A stretch of DNA of 64,000 bases. Source: a virus. The stretch lies in the IMG/VR virus record IMGVR_UViG_3300028596_000009, positions 102,824 through 166,823 of that record. One strand, given 5' to 3'. This document shows positions 56,556-64,000 of the stretch, piece after piece. Made by a program: the position numbers and the translations under genes. Positions within the stretch are counted from its first letter, which is position 1. The number at the start of each line of letters is the position of its first letter. The notes beneath the pieces are model-generated. The model had not been told where the DNA came from, did no database searches, and saw only the letters and a program-made list of their open reading frames with translations.

Positions 56556-58337
56556 ATGAGCGAGAAGACCGAGACTCAGGACGCGGTGGCCTACCGCATC
56601 CGCGCCGAGCTGGTGTGCTGCGACATCTATGGCACGGTCCAGAAGTGGGCCACCGAGTTCGAGTCGCGCGGTGTTCCGAACGCCTTGCAGGTGGCGATGG
56701 ACAACGCCCGGGTGGCCCGCCGGTGGCACGACCTCTGCTACTGGGGTGAGGCATCGGCCCGAATCGCGGAGGGCGGCTGTCCCGGCTACGAGACGGAGCC
56801 GAACCTGTGCCGCTGTACCTGCGAGGGCTGCAAGCACAACTGTTCCGCACACAAGGAGGACGTGTGACCGACGAGAAGATGATCGGCGAGGCGGCGAAGC
56901 TGATCCGGCATGGCGACAACCGTGTGGACATATCCCTGCGGGGTCCGCTCGCCGACCTGCTGAGTGAGCTGGAGGAGCACGCCGACTCCGAGTACGCGTG
57001 CTGCGACAACGGAGTCAGGCAGTGCTACGAGATCGGCGGCGTCACCATGAACCTGGTCGACGCAATCCTGAAGCCGTTCACCGCGACCGACGGCAGCAGC
57101 GCGTGATGTACGACGAGGACACACTCGTGGTCGAGTCCCGGGCCGAGCCTGCACACTCGGACCAGATCCCACTGCCGACCGATGACTACTGGTTCCACCG
57201 GATCGGCCTCGGGGGCGGATGCTTCCTGGCATCCTTCCGGATGTTCGGCGTCACGGTCATCGGCTTCAGTCCCGCCAACGGTCTCACCCGGTCGCACCCG
57301 GCGCATTACCCGGTCGACGAGATCTACAAGTACATCCGCAGCGCCAAGCCCGACACCATCACTGCCGACACCTGCTTCGCGGCGATCAAGTTGCTGAAGG
57401 AAACCCTGGACAAGGAGACGGAATGAATCAGCGTGAGTACAACGACCGGCGCTCCATGGCGGAGCTGCGTGAGCACGTCGCCGTTCTGGAGCAGCAGCTC
57501 CTTGGCATGTCCGAGGTTGCCAAGGAGAACGAGCAGGCCCTGCTGGGCATCGACAAGCTCCTGCGGATCATCTCCGAGACCGTCGTCGAGGCCAACGACG
57601 TCGGTGGCGTCGACCTGAACGACCTGGCCGACCGAGTGTGCGCCGAGGGCTTCGAGCTGCCCGGGGACGACGAGTGACGGCGGGCGCCGACATGGTGCTG
57701 TGCGGCGGTCTCGGTCCGGCGGAGGAACCGGGTACCTGGCGGCCGTGTCGACTGGAGGAGGGTCACAACTCCCCCTGTATGCCTGTCCCGGATCCTGTGC
57801 GGGCCGAGCTGGTCAAGCTGCGCAGTGACTACCAGGGGCTGGCCGACTGCTACCGAAGGACCGATGATGCGCTGGACCGCCTGATGGACGAGATGGACCG
57901 GCTGCGCGACCGGTACCACGAGAAGGACACCGAGTTCGGGCGCGCTGTCCGATGGGTGGTCGACTGCCTGGATGCTGCCCTCGAAGGTCGTGACCGTCCT
58001 CACCCGTGAACCGTCCAGGACTGGACTGTACGTACTGCCGCACGCTGAGAGAGTGACGGCACGCCAGAAAAGGAGAAAGACCATGTACGAGATCGACTTG
58101 CGCAGGGTGAGCTTCGCCTCCCCGCAGGCCCGCGAGAATTCCACGAGGCGCCTGGGTGCCGCCTCGGTCAGCTCCATCCTCCCCGACCGCGCCTACCGAT
58201 CGCTGTGCCACTTGCACCTGTACGCGACCGAGAAGATCGCCAAGCTCCCCGACATCCCCGAGGGGGACCTGAGCACCCTCGCGTCGCTGGACTACCTCTT
58301 CCTCGACGAGGACAAGGTGGAGGTGACCCTCCGGTGA
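56556..58337 (+). CDS. Run of small hypothetical genes: 56556-56867, 56864-57106, 57106-57426, 57423-57677, 57674-58009, 58083-58337
   Basis: Coupled starts and stops, RBSs. Confidence 0.7.
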
Positions 58338-58855
58338 GCGTGCTCTCCACCGCGTACAAGATCGCATGTCAGGCGCACCTGGAGCAGACCGACAAGCTCG
58401 GTGTTCCGTACGTCGACCACGTCGGATGGGTGGCCACCGGCCTCGGATCCTTCGGTGACGACGAGCTGACCGCCGCAGCCTGGCTGCACGACGTTCTGGA
58501 GGACACCGACCTGACCGGCGAGGATCTCCTCCGCGCGGGAATCACCGAGCGGACGGTGCGGATCGTCGAGGCCGTCACCAACCAGCCGGGTCAGTCGTAC
58601 CTGGAGAAGATCGCCGGGATCACCGACCCGTGCGCGGTGCTCGTGAAGATCTCCGACAACGCGCACAACTCCCGGCCGGACCGGCTGGCGGGACTTGACG
58701 AAGAAACCCGCAAGCGGCTGGTCGTGAAGTACCGCAAGGCCCGGAAGATCCTGTGGCCGAGGGCTGGAAAGGGCGCCGTTCTGCGGATCGTGCGTATCGT
58801 CAACCCTGACCTGCTGGAGCAGGTGGAGGACGAGTTCCGACAGCCCTGGGAGTGA
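58334..58855 (+). CDS. HD-domain hydrolase, RelA/SpoT small alarmone hydrolase-like
   Basis: AH..Q.DK.G.PY..H...V, AAAWLHDVLEDT, V.AVT, VKISDN.HN. Confidence 0.85.
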   Translation: MSVLSTAYKIACQAHLEQTDKLGVPYVDHVGWVATGLGSFGDDELTAAAWLHDVLEDTDLTGEDLLRAGITERTVRIVEAVTNQPGQSYLEKIAGITDPCAVLVKISDNAHNSRPDRLAGLDEETRKRLVVKYRKARKILWPRAGKGAVLRIVRIVNPDLLEQVEDEFRQPWE

Positions 58856-59103
58856 CACCTGTGTCGACCGAGCCCGAGAAGGTCTACCAGCCGTTCAGTG
58901 ATGACGAGGTCGCGGTGATGCGGGCCTGGCAGAACGCCCATCCGGCGGAGGCCGTGTTCTGTGCGCAGGGTCAGCACTATGCTCCGGTGACCACCCCGCT
59001 GTACCCGAACATCGACGGCCTGTGGTGTCCGGAGGAGGGGTGCAGCGATCCGCGCCACCTCTGGGCGTACGCCTACATGCTGGAGGACAGCCCAGGTTCG
59101 TAA
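58852..59103 (+). CDS. Hypothetical protein
   Basis: GTGA coupling. Confidence 0.65.
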   Translation: MTPVSTEPEKVYQPFSDDEVAVMRAWQNAHPAEAVFCAQGQHYAPVTTPLYPNIDGLWCPEEGCSDPRHLWAYAYMLEDSPGS

Positions 59104-59165
59104 GTGAACTCGCCTGTGGCACACACCGCCTGACGGGCGGTAAGCTTTCGTTTCGCGGAAGTCAT

Positions 59166-59201
59166 CAGAACCGGGTCCCACCCCACGGGGGCCCGGTTCT
59201 G
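59166..59201. terminator. Stem-loop, probable terminator
   Basis: CAGAACCGGG...CCCGGTTCTG. Confidence 0.65.
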
Positions 59202-59255
59202 CCGTTCCCGAACTTCCTCCTCCGTATCCCGGATAAGCGGAGGACAAGATTCGTC

Positions 59256-59284
59256 TTGTCTAGGCGACGGAAACCGGCTACTGT
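59256..59284 (+). promoter_or_regulatory. Sigma70/HrdB-like promoter giving a leaderless mRNA
   Basis: TTGTCT-17-TACTGT, ATG 7 nt downstream, no SD. Confidence 0.65.
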
Positions 59285-59291
59285 CTACGAC

Positions 59292-59654
59292 ATGGAAATC
59301 ATCAAGGCGGTAGCCAGACGCAGCGCTGGCAACTGGATCGCCGAGTTCACCTACGACGGCACCGCGTACGTCGCATCCGGAACCACCTGGTCACGGCTCA
59401 ATGACTCCATGCGTGAGCTGGTCGGCGACAGGGACCGGGGCCAAGTCCACGTGGCCTGGCACTTCCAGGACCCGGAGCTGGAAGACCTCCACGCCGAGCT
59501 TCACGCGGCACGCAGTGACGCCATCGCCGCCAACCTGAGACTGGAAGAGGCACTGCGTGACGTCGCGCGCGAGTTGGTCCACATCTCCTCCACGCGCGAC
59601 GCGGGCGCCATCCTCGGCTACTCCCACCAGTACATGGCGAAGGTGGCCAAGTGA
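59292..59654 (+). CDS. HicB-like protein with C-terminal HTH
   Basis: AVARRSAGNWIAE N-terminus; STRDAGAILGYSHQ C-terminus. Confidence 0.6.
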   Translation: MEIIKAVARRSAGNWIAEFTYDGTAYVASGTTWSRLNDSMRELVGDRDRGQVHVAWHFQDPELEDLHAELHAARSDAIAANLRLEEALRDVARELVHISSTRDAGAILGYSHQYMAKVAK

Positions 59655-60004
59655 CCACCCCCTACGAGATTCGCCAGCCCGGCCTGCGGAACCGCCTGCT
59701 GACCATCATGGACATCAGCGAGGAGATCGCCGACGCCGCACTGGAGCTTCTCAAGCCGGAACTCTCGGCGTTCGCCGAGTACGAGAGCGCGATCAACTGG
59801 CACACCACCTGCACCTCCTGTGCCCGCATCCTCGACTCTGCCTACAAGGAGACCGTTCGCGCCGAGAAGGCCGAGCAGGCGCTGGAGCAGTATGAGGAGA
59901 GCGTCGTCGGCGACCTGAACGAGAAGAACATCAACCTCGCCCGGACTGTAGCCCGTCTCCAGAAGGAACTCGACGACCTGAAGGCTTCGGAGGGGGCGAA
60001 ATGA
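59651..60004 (+). CDS. Hypothetical coiled-coil protein
   Basis: GTGA coupling. Confidence 0.7.
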   Translation: MTTPYEIRQPGLRNRLLTIMDISEEIADAALELLKPELSAFAEYESAINWHTTCTSCARILDSAYKETVRAEKAEQALEQYEESVVGDLNEKNINLARTVARLQKELDDLKASEGAK

Positions 60005-60237
60005 CCGACATCAAGACCCTGGAACATCAGCTCGTCGGCAGCGTCATGGTCCGCATGCTGGTGCAGTTCCGGAAGCAGAGCGGCATGAGCGTCGAACAGG
60101 TCGCCGAGCTGATGAACACCACCATCGCCGAGGTGGAGGAGTTCGAGAACTCGCACGACCCGATGGCCACCACCGCCATGGACTACGCCCGCATCGTCGG
60201 AACCAGGATCGTCCTGAAGCTCTCGGACGACGAGTGA
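60001..60237 (+). CDS. XRE-family HTH protein
   Basis: LVQFRKQSGMSVEQVAELM...V.EFE...P.....DYARIVG. Confidence 0.8.
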   Translation: MTDIKTLEHQLVGSVMVRMLVQFRKQSGMSVEQVAELMNTTIAEVEEFENSHDPMATTAMDYARIVGTRIVLKLSDDE

Positions 60238-63200
60238 GCTACCTCGCGAGCTGGCTCGAAGACCCCGACGGCGGCGGCATCTTCCCTCGCCAGAGGGACC
60301 TGATCCGGGCCCACGAACCGCAGTGCGACAGCCTCACCTACCTCTACCTGCCACGCAAGGGCGGAGTCTCCTGCATAACCGACTCCATGACCTGCAACGG
60401 CTGCGGCATCGAGTTCTTCTGGGAAGGGCTCTACGCCCCCGAGAAGGACTGCAAGTTCACCAACCACTACTTCTGCAAGTGCTGCCTGACCGAGGAATGC
60501 GACTGCACCGAATGACCGTCCGTACGCACACCCACACCATGACCCCGCTCGCCAACCCGCACATACAGTGCGCCGAGTGCGGCGAACAGGTCACCTCCTT
60601 CCACTGCGCCGAGACCTGTGGCTGTACCGGATCCTCCTGGAACTGGCCCTGCCGTCACGACGCCGACACCCACAACACCTGCCCCACCTGGAGCCCGGTC
60701 GACGGCTGCCAGTGCATCCCGAACGGAGGGGAAACAGCATGAGCGCCCACCCCAACTTCGACGGATGCAGCCTGGAATGCTCCCGGCAGAACGAGCACAC
60801 GAAGGTGTACGGCGATTGCGAGAAGGGCGTGAAGCCCGAGGCCACCGTCACTCTCAGCGTCGTCCTGCCCCATCTCGACGATGTGCCCTCCATCGGCTTC
60901 GAGACCTACACGGTCGAGGGCCTGGCCGATCTGATCGAGCCCGCCCTTCGCGGCGTTCGCATCGAGATCGGGCCGAACAGTCTCACGGCGATAGAGCACG
61001 GCAACGTGCTCACCCTGACCGGCGGCGAGATCCGGTCCATGGCCCTCGAAGCCGCCCACGCCATCATCCACCGCAACGACCCGCAGGAGCAGACATGACC
61101 GAGAAGCCAACGGTCAGCGAGGTATCGGACCGCGCCGAGGAGATAGCGCGGTGCTTCCACGAAGCCTACGAGGAGCTGGCACCGAGTCACGGCTACGAGA
61201 CCCGCGAGGCGTCCCGCAAGCCCTGGGCCGAAGTCCCCGACAACAACAAGGGCCTGATGATCGCCGTCGTGGCGCGACTGCTGGAACGAGAAGTGATCCG
61301 CTGACGCGCCATCATCCATCAGAACGATGAAAGGCCCGCAGTGAACCGGAGAGCAGCCGACAAGGGTGGGGCGGAACCCGGTTTCGTCGGACGCCATAGG
61401 CACGAGAAGTCGACCGACTGCACCTGCGGCCACGACATCGGGTGGCATGGCATCGGGCGCCCGAACAGCCTTCGGCACTGCCGGGTCTGCACCTGCGAAA
61501 GCTTTGAACCCAAGAACTGAACACCCTCCCCGGAAAGGAGAACGACCGTGGCGACCTACGTCACCCATGGCCGCAAGTACCACCTCGACCGCGAGTGCCA
61601 CCTGATGAACGGTGGCGAGAACATGTGGGAGTTCGACAGCGAGGACGGCTGGAGTCACAGCTCCGGCGCGTTCCGTCAGGAAGTCGACGGCCCGATGGCC
61701 GCCTCGTACCTGGGGAAGCTGCCCTGCCTGCACTGCGTGCCGATACCCCACCGGGTCCTCCCGCCGCTGTACGGGCAGACCTTCGGACACGAGCCGGTCG
61801 ACGAGTACGACGGCACCCCCGAGCAGAAGAGGGGTGTCACCCGCATCGTGTGCGCCCGCTGTGTGACCTGGACTCGCTGGACCGACGTCGGTCTGTCGGC
61901 CGGATCCCGCGTCTCGTGGCCCTGCACCTCCGCCAAGATCTTCGGTCTCTGACCGGTCATCATGAAAGGACCCGCCATGACTTCGGACAACCCCTTCGAG
62001 AACGCCTGCAAGCAGTGTGGAGGCTCCGGCTTCGACCCGGACTATGCCGAACAGGGTCTGCCCGGCATCCCGTGCCACGTCTGCAACGACGACCGCATGG
62101 AGAACTTCGCCAACGCCCTGAACAAAGTCCTGGAGGACTACCGGACCAAGAGGCTGACCGCGAACGCTGTCACCTACGCCATCGCGTACGGCATGAACGA
62201 CACCCACGACCTGATCGACCCGACCATCGACGGGTTCGACGAGGACACCCTCGCCCGGATCAAGGAGCACATCAAGAACCTCCAGGAGAACAAGCTGTGA
62301 GCCCCGACCCCCTCGCCCAGCACGTCAGCGGCGGCCAGTGATGCAGGAAGGTCCCGAGTTCGATCAGGCGATGGCGGCCAGCAGCCGGGCCTGGGAAAGC
62401 CTCTTCCCCGAGGCGGTTGCCAGGATCCAGGCCCGAAAAGCCGAGGAGCAGGCCGCCCTTCGCCGCGAGGTCATCGACGAGGTCATCGACCGGATCGAGA
62501 ACTTCTACGGCACCCGCGACGGAATCCTCGCCCTGCTCAACCAGATGAAAGAAGAGACGTGACCGATCCGACCGAGGCCGTGGCCTCCGCCATCCGCGAC
62601 TTCCCCTTCGACAACTACGGGCTCGACGACGTGGACCCCACCGACGAGAACGCCGAATGGGTCGAAGACCTCGCCGCCGCCATCGTCAACCATCTCCTGG
62701 AGAACCCGTGACTCCCGCGCAGCGTATGCGGCGAGCAGCCCTTCTTCTGTCCAGGCTCGCCGACGAAGCACAGGACGACCCGTCCACCCGGGGCGCCTGC
62801 CCGGCTTGCAACGGAACCGGCAGGCGATCCGATCCTCTGCTGATCCAGTGCAGGCACTGCGAGCGTCCGATCACCCGCAAGTCGATCTTCTACGACGGCC
62901 ACCCCAACAACCCGCCGGTCTGGCTCCACGACGCCACGGGTGAACGGATGTGCCAGATCGACTGGATCCGCCATGACCCCCACCCCGTCGCCAAGCCGAG
63001 GACCGAAGAATGAACGAGCCCACCGATCTGGAGTGGACCCGCGCCGAACTCTTGAAGGCGCAGGCCGAGGCGACCGATCTGCTCGCCCGGGCCGAGAAGG
63101 CCGAAGCCGAGGTCGAGCGTCTGCGGCACACCAACCTGGACCAGCGGGCGGTCCTGCGTGACGTCACCGAGCTGAACGACATCCTGCGGCGGCACTCCGA

Positions 63201-63453
63201 CAAGGCCCGGTCGACCCTGCTGAACGTCCAGACCCTCGCCACCCAGTGGGCGGTCCTGCGTACATACGGATCGGCCGCCTACGAACTGAACCGCGTTCTC
63301 GCTGGAGGCCCCGTGAACCAGCCCGCCGGATCGTGCCCCTGCGGTTCTTGCGCCCGGCCCTGCACCGAGCCGGTCACGTGCCCCGACGGTTTCGGGGACT
63401 GCCATGCCGACGACCACACCAACCCGCCCACCGTGAACGGAGAGATCGTATGA
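60234..63453 (+). CDS. Run of small hypothetical genes: 60234-60515, 60512-60742, 60739-61098, 61095-61304, 61341-61520, 61548-61952, 61977-62300, 62341-62562, 62559-62711, 62708-63013, 63010-63453
   Basis: Coupling, RBSs, many Cys-rich motifs. Confidence 0.68.
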
Positions 63454-63980
63454 CCGACTTCAGCCACTTCATCGAGCGCCTCGAAGCCGAAGGCCAGCGC
63501 CAGCTCGTGAACTCGGAGCGCCTGCCCACCCACATCGCCACCGGCACCGAGGAGGAGTTCCTCGCCCTCGGCTTCGAGTTCTCCCGGCCCAACCCGGTCG
63601 ACCCGATCTTCCGCCACGCCATCCTGCCCGGCGGCTGGACCATTACCGCGTCGCCGGACTCCAGCTACTGGTCCACCATCAACGACCACCTCGGTCGGCC
63701 CCGCGTCTCCATCTTCTACAAGAACGCCCCCTATGACCGGCGGGCCGAGATGTACCTGGACGAGGTCAGCGCCTACGTGTCCCGCATGGTCGGCGACAAC
63801 AAGCCGGTCATCACCGACGACACCTGGGCAACCCCGCAGGCCGTCGCTCTCGCCGCCCGCTGCTGGCTGGACCGCATGTCCGCCTACCTTTCCACCGCCG
63901 AAGGCATGAAGGACTCCGTCATCCACGACGAAGCCGTCCGCTACCACCACCTCCTCGACACCCACGGGAACGCCCTGTGA
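63450..63980 (+). CDS. Phage hypothetical protein
   Basis: ATGA coupling, codon bias. Confidence 0.7.
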   Translation: MTDFSHFIERLEAEGQRQLVNSERLPTHIATGTEEEFLALGFEFSRPNPVDPIFRHAILPGGWTITASPDSSYWSTINDHLGRPRVSIFYKNAPYDRRAEMYLDEVSAYVSRMVGDNKPVITDDTWATPQAVALAARCWLDRMSAYLSTAEGMKDSVIHDEAVRYHHLLDTHGNAL

Positions 63981-64000
63981 CCACCCGCATCGCCCCCACC

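Larger units (their letters stand above)
1..64000. mobile_element. Siphovirus-like actinophage (probably Streptomyces) genome segment
   Basis: Terminase-portal-protease-capsid-tail-tape measure module, amidase and holin, phage replication genes, high GC3, dense overlapping small ORFs; no host housekeeping genes. Confidence 0.95.

Noticed and set aside
1-64000. tRNA genes, integrase/att sites, terminal repeats
   Set aside because: None recognised; both window ends fall inside coding regions, so lifestyle and termini cannot be determined

Overview
A 64 kb slice of a GC-rich, long-tailed (siphovirus-type) actinophage, most likely a Streptomyces phage, with no identifiable host chromosomal DNA. 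It has three blocks. (i) 1-17.76 kb, + strand: small early genes, then a recombination/replication module (Cas4-like exonuclease, RecT-like annealing protein, probable SSB, RepB'-type primase fused to a helicase-like domain, intein-containing family A DNA polymerase, RuvC-like resolvase). (ii) 17.76-49.25 kb, - strand: the late operon (endolysin, large terminase with two inteins, holin, portal, protease/scaffold, cement, major capsid, collagen-containing fibre, head-tail connectors, major tail, chaperones, tape measure, Dit, Tal-like protein). It is interrupted by a free-standing HNH endonuclease and by a host-type wHTH / HATPase / XRE-DUF5753 / DUF397 (whiJ-bldB-abaA-like) cassette. (iii) 49.3-64 kb, + strand: dozens of small accessory genes, including a stand-alone FtsK-gamma domain, a HIT hydrolase, a ParB-like domain, a RelA/SpoT-type HD hydrolase and a HicB-like protein. 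The most notable observations are: a 24-nt synonymous-variant copy of the major tail gene 5' end upstream of the HNH gene; a candidate ~92-nt sRNA with two anti-Shine-Dalgarno motifs matching the phage's own early RBSs; 33-aa repeats with EF-hand-like loops in the tape measure protein; the developmental-regulator cassette; a class 3 intein; and a probable +1 chaperone frameshift. I found no integrase, small terminase, tRNA or CRISPR array. All family calls come from motif recognition by eye, not database searches.
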